32,000 bases of DNA, taken from the NCBI RefSeq assembly GCF_000020025.1, contig NC_010628.1, forward strand, positions 2,550,001 through 2,582,000, in the 5' to 3' direction. The notes beneath the pieces were generated by a model. The model had not been told where the DNA came from, ran no database searches, and was given only the letters and a program-made list of their open reading frames with translations. Below, piece by piece: positions 15,255 to 24,279 of the stretch. The translations under genes and the position numbers were made by a program. Positions within the stretch are counted from its first letter, which is position 1, and each line of letters starts with the position of its first letter. This stretch comes from Nostoc punctiforme PCC 73102 (GTDB taxonomy: Bacteria; Cyanobacteriota; Cyanobacteriia; Cyanobacteriales; Nostocaceae).

Positions 15255-18200
15255 CTAAAAATTACACGCCCCTAAAACTTTTAAAGTTGCAATAGTCGCT
15301 TCAGTTAAATCAGTCACGCCAGTAATATTCATTCCTTCATAAGGTCTTTCGCATCTGAGAGTTTTTAGGCACTCACCTGTTTCTATATCCCAAAGTCTAA
15401 TCGTCTCATCTTCGCTACCACTAGCCAAAATCTTACCTTGAGGATTAAACGCAACCGACCAAACCCACTTGTTATGTCCTGACAAAGTTTTTATTTCTTT
15501 ATTGGTGCTTAAATCCCACAGCTTGATTGTTTGATCTCCGCTACCACTGGCTAAAATGCAACCATCTATACTGATGGCAGATGAGTATACGCAATTAGTA
15601 TGCCCCTGCAAGGTTCTCAGACACTTACCTGTGCTGATATCCCACAGTTTCACTGTTTGATCTCCGCTGCTACTTGCTAAAGTCATACCATCAGGACTAA
15701 AAACGACTGACCAGATCCAGTCAGTATGACCTTCCAGAACTTGAATGCAACTACCAATGCAGACATCCCACAACCTTACTGTTTGGTCATGGCAACCACT
15801 GGCTAGTGTCTGACCATCGGGACTGAAAGCAACTGACCAAATCCGCTGAGTGTGCCCTTGCAAGGTTTTCAGACATTTACCTGTGTTGACATCCCACAGT
15901 TTTATACTTTGGTCATCACTGCCAGTTGCTAGGATTTTACCATCAGGACTAAAGGCAACTGAGATAATCCGATTACTATGTCCGCCCAAGGTTTTGAGAC
16001 ACTGACCTGTGTTGGCATTCCACAGTTTCACAGTTTGATCCTCACTGCCACTAGCAAGGAGGTTCCCGTCTTGGCTGAGGGAAACTGATGTGACGCGATT
16101 ACTATGTCCCCGCAAAGTTTTTAAGCAAAGACCAGTGCTAGTATCCCAAAGTTTCACTGTTTGGTCGTTATTGCCACTTGCAAGAATTTGACCATTGGAA
16201 CTGAAGGTCACCGACCAGATGCCATTACAATAACCTTGTAAGGTCTTGAGACATCCACCAGTATTAACATCCCACAGCCTCACTGTTTGGTCATCACTGC
16301 CACTGGCGAGCATTTTACCATCAGGACTAAAGGCAACTGACCATACCCGACTGCCATGCCCCTTGAGAGTTTTGAGACAAAGACCAGTGTTAACATCCCA
16401 TAGTTTTACTGTTTGGTCATCACTGCCACTTGCTAGGCGATCGCCATCTGAACTAAAAGCAACTGAATTCACCAAATCAGTATGACTCTGGAAAGTATAA
16501 AGACATTCACTAGTGTTAATATCCCATAGCCTTACCGTTCGGTCATGACAACCACTAATTAGCTTATCACCATCTGGACTGAAAGCAACTGACTGTACCC
16601 TATGGGTGTGTCCCACCAAAGTTTTGATGCATTGACTAGTACTAATATCCCACAGTCTGATGGAGGAATCATCATTTCCGCTAGCAAGGATTGTACCATC
16701 AGGACTAAAGGCTACTGACCAGACTCGGCTACTGTGTCCCTGGAGAGTCTGAATACATTGCCCAGTGCTAGTATCCCACAATTTCACCGTTGTGTCTTCA
16801 CTACTACTTGCTAGTGTCTGACCATCGGAACTGAAGGAAACTGACCAGATTCCAGCACTATGACCCTGGAAGGTGGCAAGGCATTGCCCAGTGCTAGTAT
16901 CCCACAACTTCACTGTTTGGTCATCACTGCCACTAGCAAGGAGATGACCATCGGGGCTAAAAGTTACAGGCCAGATAAAACCTGTGTGTCCTTTGCAAAT
17001 GAACAGTTGTTTTCCATCAGCAACTTGATACAGGCGAACCTCACCATTAGTATCTCCTGTAGCTAATAGTTTGCCATCAGGACTAAATGCCACTGCATGA
17101 ATACCGCCAATGGTTTCTGCAAAAACACATTTAGCTAAATTAGCATTTACAAAACTAGCATTTTGCAAATTTACATTCCGCAAATCTGCTTGCCAAATAG
17201 TTAGATGAGAAAAATCACTACCACTAAGGTCAGTTCCCAAATAACAAAGCAGATTAATAATATTTCCAGCTGTATAACTTTGTTCTAGAGGTGATGTTTC
17301 TCTTAGGGTTGTGAGAATTTGAATTAGATGATTTTCCAGAGTTCTTTGGCTTCTAAAGATGGCAAAAAGCCCTTCGATGACTGGTTTTAGGATCAGGTGA
17401 ATTTGACTTTCTCTTACATAGTCTTTTGTCGTTGCCTTGACTAAAGCATGGCATCGGAAAATCTCGATATTATGAGTGCTAATTTCTTGACAAACTTGCT
17501 CTACTAAGCGATTAATCACATATTCCATAACTACAGGCTGGAGAGTGAATAGTGCTTCGCTTTTTTCAACTAGAGAGCGCCTCACCAAAGATTCCAAAAC
17601 CTCCAAGAACTTTTGGAATGTTAATGCTGATATAATATCTTTTTGTAATTCCGAAAGTGAAACTGGCTCATGATTAATTGCCAGCCAATACATTATTTCT
17701 TTTTCTAAATTTGATAAACGTTCAAACTGCTGTTCTAAAATATCCCAAATATCACCGAAAACAACTGCATCTTGTTTTAAAAATTCCGAAACATTACCAC
17801 CAAATAAATCTTGAATAGTTGTCGCAACTACTTTTAAAGCTAACGCATTGCCTCCATAACGTGCAACTAATGTTCTTAGTTCATCATCTGAAGCTGATAT
17901 TCCTTTTATTTTTAAAATTTCTTGTCCGTCATTTGCCAAAAGACCTTTGAGCAGAAATGAACGAACACATAAACCACCTCCTTCCATAGATGCAACTTCT
18001 TTCGGTTTTTCCCTACTTGTTAGGATTAAACAGCTTTGTTGTTCCGTTTCTCCTAATCGTTTTAGAAGTTCGCTATATCCTTCGTATCCATCTCGATAAA
18101 GTCCGGCCCGACTACCGCTGCGTAAAATCGACTCCATATTATCTAGTATTAATAAACAGCGATGCTCTCGCAGATAATGTAGCAGTCGTGTTAGTCTTGG

Positions 18201-18782
18201 AGCTGTGCTTTCTGGGAGAATTGCTTCTGTTTCCCGTTCATCAGAAAGAAATTGGATTAAGCTAGCTAAAAGCGTATTGAGTGGAGGAGCATCTTGTAGC
18301 GATCGCCAAATAATGTACTCAAAATTCTCCTTAATTTGTTCTACAAGCTTGACAGAGAGAGAAGTTTTCCCAATCCCCCCCATACCTAAAATTGCCACTA
18401 TCTGACAGCGTTCTTTTAAAATCCATTGCTCTAATGTGGCTATTTCTTCTGTGCGTCCATAAAAAACCGATCCACCAATTGCTTCTCCCCAATCTAAATG
18501 TCGAGATTTGTCTGAATTTGTAAAATCAGCTTTATCTAACTCTAAATTGAAAGCTTGAAAAAAAAGCTCAAGTGTCTTTTTATCAACTCCTTCCCCACGA
18601 GATAATACCTTAGAAACTGTAACAGTATTTACTTTTACGCGTTCACTTAAATCTTCAAGGGTATATCTATTTCCGTAATTTTCTCTGTCTTCAAGGGCAA
18701 TTTTACCAGATTGAAGCTTTTGTAATCCTTCCAGTGTAAGAATAAGACCGCGCTTGCGTTTTTGCTTTTGAACCTGCGTCAT
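15255..18782 (-). CDS. STAND NTPase: N-terminal HTH, NB-ARC, short pentapeptide-repeat linker, 14 WD40 repeats
   Basis: The N-terminus [26 protein letters not shown] is HTH-like. NB-ARC motifs are GMGGIGKTS (Walker A), CLLILDNME (Walker B), LILTSRE and [10 protein letters not shown] (GLPLAL-like). The pentapeptide stretch is [22 protein letters not shown]. Then come 14 units of about 42 aa, of the form GH..-[23 protein letters not shown]. The C-terminal tail is [26 protein letters not shown]. Confidence 0.9.
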   Translation of the reverse strand: MTQVQKQKRKRGLILTLEGLQKLQSGKIALEDRENYGNRYTLEDLSERVKVNTVTVSKVLSRGEGVDKKTLELFFQAFNLELDKADFTNSDKSRHLDWGEAIGGSVFYGRTEEIATLEQWILKERCQIVAILGMGGIGKTSLSVKLVEQIKENFEYIIWRSLQDAPPLNTLLASLIQFLSDERETEAILPESTAPRLTRLLHYLREHRCLLILDNMESILRSGSRAGLYRDGYEGYSELLKRLGETEQQSCLILTSREKPKEVASMEGGGLCVRSFLLKGLLANDGQEILKIKGISASDDELRTLVARYGGNALALKVVATTIQDLFGGNVSEFLKQDAVVFGDIWDILEQQFERLSNLEKEIMYWLAINHEPVSLSELQKDIISALTFQKFLEVLESLVRRSLVEKSEALFTLQPVVMEYVINRLVEQVCQEISTHNIEIFRCHALVKATTKDYVRESQIHLILKPVIEGLFAIFRSQRTLENHLIQILTTLRETSPLEQSYTAGNIINLLCYLGTDLSGSDFSHLTIWQADLRNVNLQNASFVNANLAKCVFAETIGGIHAVAFSPDGKLLATGDTNGEVRLYQVADGKQLFICKGHTGFIWPVTFSPDGHLLASGSDDQTVKLWDTSTGQCLATFQGHSAGIWSVSFSSDGQTLASSSEDTTVKLWDTSTGQCIQTLQGHSSRVWSVAFSPDGTILASGNDDSSIRLWDISTSQCIKTLVGHTHRVQSVAFSPDGDKLISGCHDRTVRLWDINTSECLYTFQSHTDLVNSVAFSSDGDRLASGSDDQTVKLWDVNTGLCLKTLKGHGSRVWSVAFSPDGKMLASGSDDQTVRLWDVNTGGCLKTLQGYCNGIWSVTFSSNGQILASGNNDQTVKLWDTSTGLCLKTLRGHSNRVTSVSLSQDGNLLASGSEDQTVKLWNANTGQCLKTLGGHSNRIISVAFSPDGKILATGSDDQSIKLWDVNTGKCLKTLQGHTQRIWSVAFSPDGQTLASGCHDQTVRLWDVCIGSCIQVLEGHTDWIWSVVFSPDGMTLASSSGDQTVKLWDISTGKCLRTLQGHTNCVYSSAISIDGCILASGSGDQTIKLWDLSTNKEIKTLSGHNKWVWSVAFNPQGKILASGSEDETIRLWDIETGECLKTLRCERPYEGMNITGVTDLTEATIATLKVLGACNF
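15339..17117 (-). repeat. 126-nt tandem coding repeats (14 WD40 blades)
   Basis: The plus-strand string ccatcaggactaaa recurs at 15940, 16318, 16696 and 17074, a spacing of 378 nt (3 x 126). Other strings such as gtttggtcatcactgccact also recur between blades. Confidence 0.85.
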
Positions 18783-18891
18783 AGCTACTAACCTGATAGA
18801 TGTAAAACAAGTAACTTGTAATTACTGATACATGACTCACTATAAATCTAGCGCTCTTGAGATTTGTAACTGCAAGTGAATTTAACAGAAC

Positions 18892-19126
18892 AGAATTCAG
18901 GAGTCAGGAGTCAGAATTCAGTATGAATTCTGTACGACACTTCTCTACGAGACGCTCCGCGTAGCTTGCTTCCCCGGAGGGGTACGACAGGCTCAGTGCA
19001 TCGCTGGCAGATGAATAAACGGGTTTAAGTCACCTACCAAATTGAAAAATTGGTGGTCAACAAGTTGCGGGTCTAAATCCCCAACTAATTTCATTCTGAC
19101 TCCTGAATTCTGACTCCTGAATTCTT
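18892..19126. mobile_element. MITE-like element (about 235 bp) with terminal inverted repeats, directly upstream of the STAND gene
   Basis: The left end GAATTCAGGAGTCAGGAGTCAGAATTCAG (from 18894) pairs with the right end ATTCTGACTCCTGAATTCTGACTCCTGAATTC (19094..19124). No ORF is present. The interior carries the CACTTCTCTACGAGACGCTCCGCG small repeat. Confidence 0.5.
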
Positions 19127-19567
19127 ATTTAAGGTTCTTTTGCAACGATTGCTTGTCATCATTGACGATAAATGAATAATTTTTGGTTAAGAAAAAGAGG
19201 CCAAAAGGTAAAGGTTTGAATTAAAAGTTTTCCTGGTCAAAACATAGAAACTAAAAGTCTCCGTATGGAGTATAGCAACTGAGGTAAGGACTCAAGTCCT
19301 TTTGTTGTATTGTACAAAAATTATTTAAAAAACTTAAATATTCAATAATTTTTTATATAAATATAAATAGTCTGTCTCACACATGAGGTAAGGGACTTCC
19401 AGAAAATAAATTATCCAATTTATTCAGATTATATTTTTCTTACTCCCCCTGCTCCCTGCTCCCCTGCTTACACAGCGATTGGTTATTTTTTTGTCAGTCC
19501 CTAATGGAGAGTGGGGAGTGGCAGAGAGGAAGTTGCAGTAAGCCTTTTGCAATGCCCAATGCCCCAT

Positions 19568-19880
19568 ACCCAATACAGTTCAGATAAGCCCAAAACCCTC
19601 ATGTAGAAACGCAATTTATCGCTCATGTAGAGACGGTGATTTATCGCGTCTTGAAAGACCAATTATCTACACCAATAACCTTGGGTTAAGGCTAAAACTC
19701 TTTGTCAAAGTCAATTTTTGTAGACCCGGAGCGGCTTGCCGGAGGCTACCACAGAGACGCAGAGAAGCCAGTGCGTTGGGCGGGTTCCCCGACTTGTTCG
19801 CGCAGCGTCTCCCCTTGGGAGAAGCAACTGGCGCGGCACTGAGAGAATAAAGAAATGCTTAACTGAACTGTATTGCCCCA
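19568..19880. repeat. composite MITE-like block with nested small repeats, downstream of the tyrosinase gene
   Basis: Bounded by CAATACAGTTCAGATAAGC (left) and its inverted copy GCTTAACTGAACTGTATTG (about 19858..19876). It contains two GTAGA.ACG..ATTTATCGC hairpin modules and the hairpin element at 19766..19833, which is also found inside IS630. Confidence 0.5.
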
Positions 19881-19888
19881 TACCCAAC

Positions 19889-21223
19889 TTAGAATTTATT
19901 CTCGATCAACGAGTCAAACGACCATATTGGAAGTTTTCGCACATGTCTCAGAGTGTCGTAGGTATAGCCATACTTTCTCAGATTGAGAGTGTCTTTAGGC
20001 GTAACAATGTCATTGGGTGCAAAACTTGGTAGCAGAGATAGTATATCCCCAGGGCCTATTTTTCCTGGTTTGGACTGTCCTCCATCCCAAGGCCACATAG
20101 GATCGTTGAGATTGTGTCCATAAGGCTGATTCGCTTTTGGATAAAAAGCTTTTTTAGGGCGATGATTCTCTTGCCATTGGGCCCAAAGGCGATCGACGTT
20201 GGCATGATGCAGCCAGAAAATGGGATCGTTGGGAGAACCAGGAACGTTACTCATAGTACCTAATCTTTGCAGTAAAGGGGGCGGAAACTGAGTCAAATCA
20301 ACAATAATTCCACCTACCAATCCATGAAGATAGTTATGAGTGAATACTCCAGGAGTTTCATTACCGTTTGAATCGACGCTGATATCTCCTTCTATGGCAG
20401 GGCGAAACTGAAGATAGTCATTGATATTGAGCAAATTATTTATTTCTGTTTGAGGTAGGGGGTAGTTATTGGCAGGAGGTACTTTGAGAAAGCGGATGAG
20501 TGGCGTTCCCAGAGTTTCGTTTGTCACTTGGTCAATATGTAAGTTTTTGTTCAGAACCCAGCCATCAGCTTCAGAAAAATTACCAAATTGAACAGAACCC
20601 CCCAAAAAAGTGTCGGCACCTGGAACGTTAATTGTTGTTCCTGTGCCATTTGTCCCTAAAAAGTCGGGTTTAAAGATAATATCGATCGCTCTAGTATCTG
20701 TCCAATCCCAATAAGGGATAGTTATCTTCGGGTTAACTGACTGTAAAGCTTTTTCAAATCGTCTTAAATATTCACGATGCCAGGGGAGAAATCCAGCATT
20801 TCCATGAGCAGCATCAGTTCCAGATGCTGGCCCAGTTGGATGTGGGATCGTATTTTGCTGATTTGTATTCATCCCTCCCGTATGCATTGATGAGAATCCC
20901 ATCGCTCCTACGTGTACTGCCACAATTTGGTCATAGAGGCTGATGGTGCTGCCTTGAGGGATTGTTTGTTTTAATGTCTTGATAGCATTAACAAAGTCTG
21001 CTTTTTCTCGTGGAGTCAGGTCAAGAACGTTCTTTCTGATTAGGGTGTCATCCATTGCTGAAGTTTTCACCATAGTCATGGCAATAATCATGCCGCCAAC
21101 ACATAACATGATGAATGTTTGAAGGAGAAATTTTAAGGTTTTTTTTCTCTGCTGGAAATGTTGTCTCCACTTTTTAACTTTTCTAGTGTTTGTACGAACA
21201 AAAGTGTCAATTTTAGATTTCAT
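19889..21223 (-). CDS. type-3 copper tyrosinase / polyphenol oxidase family protein with N-terminal membrane anchor
   Basis: CuA site: VAVHVG...AHGNAGFLPWHREYLRRFEKAL (H-x8-H). CuB site: THNYLHGLVGG...PNDPIFWLHHANVDRLWAQWQ. The N-terminal hydrophobic segment is LLQTFIMLCVGGMIIAMTMV. Confidence 0.9.
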   Translation of the reverse strand: MKSKIDTFVRTNTRKVKKWRQHFQQRKKTLKFLLQTFIMLCVGGMIIAMTMVKTSAMDDTLIRKNVLDLTPREKADFVNAIKTLKQTIPQGSTISLYDQIVAVHVGAMGFSSMHTGGMNTNQQNTIPHPTGPASGTDAAHGNAGFLPWHREYLRRFEKALQSVNPKITIPYWDWTDTRAIDIIFKPDFLGTNGTGTTINVPGADTFLGGSVQFGNFSEADGWVLNKNLHIDQVTNETLGTPLIRFLKVPPANNYPLPQTEINNLLNINDYLQFRPAIEGDISVDSNGNETPGVFTHNYLHGLVGGIIVDLTQFPPPLLQRLGTMSNVPGSPNDPIFWLHHANVDRLWAQWQENHRPKKAFYPKANQPYGHNLNDPMWPWDGGQSKPGKIGPGDILSLLPSFAPNDIVTPKDTLNLRKYGYTYDTLRHVRKLPIWSFDSLIENKF

Positions 21224-21499
21224 CTAAGTCAGTCCCTCATTAGAGTAGTTATGCGATCGCTTTTGTATCTATTACATAGGCAGAAGCTGCTGACAGAGGT
21301 TTGACAATGGTAATATCTGTATCAAAGACTTAAATACCAGTCCGGGCTTTAACTAATCGTTTTGAATGCTTACTTGGGGTTTATCAACGGGGTCATTCTG
21401 GCTACTGAATAATCTGCCAACGGGACTTATACCAGACTTCTACCTGTTTTTACAACACATCGCCATTTTCTGCTAACGTGGCTGAAAAAGCAACAAATT

Positions 21500-22090
21500 G
21501 ATGATGGGGCTAAATGATTGTCACCAAGAGAAATAATATTCACCCTAATGTCTCCTACAAATGGCAGTAGTTGCCTGCTGCATAACTCCTGGAATCAAGG
21601 AAGAGATTAACATAGTTAGCCGTAGTTTCAGTACGATAACAGCAGGGCTGCTAGAACTATGCGACTGGCTGCACAGTCAAAACATTCAGCAGTTAGCTTT
21701 TGGATTGTACAGGAGAATATTGGAAGCCTGTATACAACCTGTTGGAATCAGGCTTTGAAGTTTTGGTTGTCAATGCCCAACAAAGAATATCCTCGGACGC
21801 AAGACTGATGTACTAGATGCATAGTGGATAGCTGAACTGCTGCGTCACGGGTTGCTGCGAGGTAGTTTTATTCCACCCTTGCCACAACGAGACTTGCGAG
21901 ATTTAACCTGTCAGCGCACCAACTTGGTGCAGGAAAGAGTGGCCGTAGTCAACCGCTTGCAGAAAACATTGGAGTGAGCAAACATCAACTCACCTGTGTA
22001 GTTACAGATATTACAGGCGTTTCTGCACAGCAAATATTAGCGGCAATTGTCGATGGGCAGGATAATGAAAAAGTGCTAACCACTACCAAC
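21500..22090 (+). pseudogene. IS110-family transposase remnant (N-terminal part, frameshifts and in-frame stop)
   Basis: From 21837 the sequence reads LLRHGLLRGSFIPPLPQRDLRDLTCQRTNLVQERVAVVNRLQKTLE-stop(21975)-ANIN, which is the conserved IS110 core. Upstream pieces (AVVACCITPG...FSTITAGLLELCDWL and EVLVVNAQ) lie in other frames. The C-terminal half is absent. Confidence 0.6.
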
Positions 22091-22111
22091 TGTTTTATTT
22101 TCAAGGCAGGT

Positions 22112-23464
22112 CTATTGATTACGTTGGTCACTTGAAGAGGACGTATAAATAATTATGCTGACACCACTAACTATCAAAACTAAAACTGATGGCACTAGCG
22201 GTATCCAGGCTCCTTGTATCAATGCAGCAAAGGATACACCATATAAAACGCAAACAGTTGCTACTCCTACCAATCCCAATCTTAACCATGACCGAAATTG
22301 CCAAATAATTATGCCTCCAATTAACGACCAACCCCATACCCAAATGAATTCACCCCACTTTGGTAGCATCCATAATAGTGGACGATTATCTAAAACGGCA
22401 CTGAGAATCTGACTCACCATCTGTGCTTGAAGCATTACCCCTGGCATTTGATTATACGACCACTGACTGGCGCTATATGGTGTAGACCAATAATCATGAA
22501 AACTTTCAGCACTTGTACCAATGAGAACGATCCGATTTTTCACTAAATCAGAAGTGAGTTTATTGTTCAAAACATCTGCTAGAGTTACTTGTGTAGCAGC
22601 TTGATGAGAAGAGCGATAATTAAGTAGCACTTGATGACCTAGATTATCGATTCTGTGATAACCGCCGCTATTTGACTCTAAGTTTTTAAAGACAACATTG
22701 CCAAACTGCCAGTTTTTTTCTGTGGTTAGTTTGGACTGAATACCAAGAGCAAGCAAGTAACGATTTGCTAATTGAAAGCTAAAAGATTTATCAACATTGC
22801 AGGGTAATGCAGGAGCCATAGCCAATATTTGACGGCGGATAATGCCATCGGGATCGGGTATAACGTCACTAAAACCTAAGTTTTGTTTGGGAACTTCAGG
22901 AGGTGGCGAAACACCACTGCTTTTGTTTTCCTCACTAACTTCGCAGATTGCAAAAAAGCGATCGCTCTTTTGCATTAGTCTAGATAACTTCTTATACTCT
23001 GCTCCTACGTGATTCTCCCTGTAGATATCTAAGCCAATGACTCGCGGTTGAAACTGCTCTAATTTTTCTACAACTTGAGCTAGGGCGCGGTCTGATAGGG
23101 AAGCTCCACCTCTTTCCTTGGGTGGTTGCGATCGCACATCAGCTTCAGTGACGGTAACGACTAAAATGCGTGGATCTTGTCCTTCATCAGGTCGCGATCG
23201 CATCATTGCATCAAAAGCCATAAGCTCCCATGACTGTAACATGCCAACGGAGCGCATCCCCATTATCAAGGCAGTCGTAACTATACTAACTTTGAAAATT
23301 GTCCCAATAATATTACGTCGAGCGTGCCAGCTAGTAGGTTGAGAGTCTACTTTGTTCGCCAACACCAACGACATCACCGTTGGATTTTGACACATCACTG
23401 GTAGCCAACTAGCACAGGGAAAGCTGCTTTCTAGACCCTGCAACTTTACTATAGCTTCCCGCAT
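22112..23464 (-). CDS. CHASE2 sensor-domain membrane protein without a recognisable output domain
   Basis: An N-terminal TM segment is followed by LQSWELMAFDAMMRSRPDEGQDPRILVVTVTEADV...LSDRALAQVVEKLEQFQPRVIGLDIYRE, which is typical of CHASE2. Three C-terminal hydrophobic helices follow, and the protein stops 14 aa after the last helix. The ATG at 23464 is preferred over the TTG at 23470. Confidence 0.8.
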   Translation of the reverse strand: MREAIVKLQGLESSFPCASWLPVMCQNPTVMSLVLANKVDSQPTSWHARRNIIGTIFKVSIVTTALIMGMRSVGMLQSWELMAFDAMMRSRPDEGQDPRILVVTVTEADVRSQPPKERGGASLSDRALAQVVEKLEQFQPRVIGLDIYRENHVGAEYKKLSRLMQKSDRFFAICEVSEENKSSGVSPPPEVPKQNLGFSDVIPDPDGIIRRQILAMAPALPCNVDKSFSFQLANRYLLALGIQSKLTTEKNWQFGNVVFKNLESNSGGYHRIDNLGHQVLLNYRSSHQAATQVTLADVLNNKLTSDLVKNRIVLIGTSAESFHDYWSTPYSASQWSYNQMPGVMLQAQMVSQILSAVLDNRPLLWMLPKWGEFIWVWGWSLIGGIIIWQFRSWLRLGLVGVATVCVLYGVSFAALIQGAWIPLVPSVLVLIVSGVSIIIYTSSSSDQRNQ

Positions 23465-23722
23465 CGCCAAATGGCAAGATTCTCCATTAGCAAAAGCCTC
23501 TAGTAGTCTGCCAAGCTAACTTTGCTATGTTAAATTTGGATATAAACGCTCCATTTTTCGGCGAGCATCTTTGGTTTGAAAACCCCAATAAACACTAGCT
23601 TTTTGCTGATTACGTTTTTTCTCCCAAGCGGCAATCTCAGAAGTTAATGTTTCTGCATTAGGAATACGCCGTTCTAAACATTGGCGAGATAAAACAGATA
23701 ATTCGATTTCTACCTGATTCAG

Positions 23723-23778
23723 CCCTTCGGGTTCGCCAGTTGCTTCAAGTCGGGGAACCCGCCCAACGCACTGGCTCA
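23723..23778. repeat. 56-nt hairpin-type small repeat inserted in the IS630 transposase gene
   Basis: Between codons ...KHASW and LNQVEIE the minus strand reads TGAGCCAGTGCGTTGGGCGGGTTCCCCGACTTGAAGCAACTGGCGAACCCGAAGGG. The core GCCAGTGCGTTGGGCGGGTTCCCCGACTTG..AAGCAACTGGCG is also present at 19766..19833. Confidence 0.7.
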
Positions 23779-24271
23779 CCAAGAAGCGTGTTTAGGAGTA
23801 TAGTGAAACTCTAACTTTTGAATAATTCGACGTGCTTCTTCTGGTGGAAAAACTTCATATAATGCATTGGGTGTATGAATATTCAAGTTATCAACTACTA
23901 AACGAATAACATCGGCATCTCGGTAGGAAACATCTACTAAATTTTTCATTTGTTTAGCAAAATCGGCTTTAGTTCGACGTTCTGTAACTTCGATATGCCG
24001 CCATCCAGCCAAGGGTTGAAAACATGCGAATAAATTTACTGTCCCGTTACGTTTATACTCAAAATCATAACGTTCAGGTTGCTCTGGCTGTGGTGGCAAA
24101 GGAAGTCTTACTTCTTCTACTAATTGGTATGGACGTTCATCAAAGCAGACTACAGGGCGTTTAGGATCATAAGGCTCATTGTATAAATCCAGCACATCTT
24201 CCATTCGGAAAACATATTCTGCGTTAACTTCAGGAATACACCATTGTTCTTTCAACCAAGGCTTAATTTCA

Positions 24272-24279
24272 TTTTTTTT
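24272..24279 (-). promoter_or_regulatory. candidate -1 programmed ribosomal frameshift site (A AAA AAA A) joining IS630 orfA and orfB
   Basis: The minus strand reads ACT TTA AAA AAA ATG AAA. Slipping back 1 nt gives ..[17 protein letters not shown], the contiguous sequence expected for full-length IS630-type transposases. Confidence 0.55.

Noticed and set aside
15339-17117. Possibility that the 126-nt periodic repeats are a CRISPR array or non-coding satellite
   Set aside because: The period is uninterrupted coding sequence in one long ORF with canonical WD40 motifs. There is no repeat-spacer alternation and there are no cas genes.
16246-18405. Plus-strand ORFs 16246..16485, 16860..17066, 17990..18265 and 18205..18405
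   Set aside because: They are antisense to the STAND gene. The first two are simply reverse frames of the WD40 repeats and are repetitive for that reason.
19736-20032. ORF 19736..20032 (+), 98 aa
   Set aside because: Its 5' half is made of dispersed repeats (SQCVGRVPRL is also encoded by the repeat inside IS630). Its 3' half is antisense to the end of the tyrosinase gene.
22155-23342. Plus-strand ORFs 22155..22412 and 23118..23342
   Set aside because: They are antisense to the CHASE2 gene and show no motifs.
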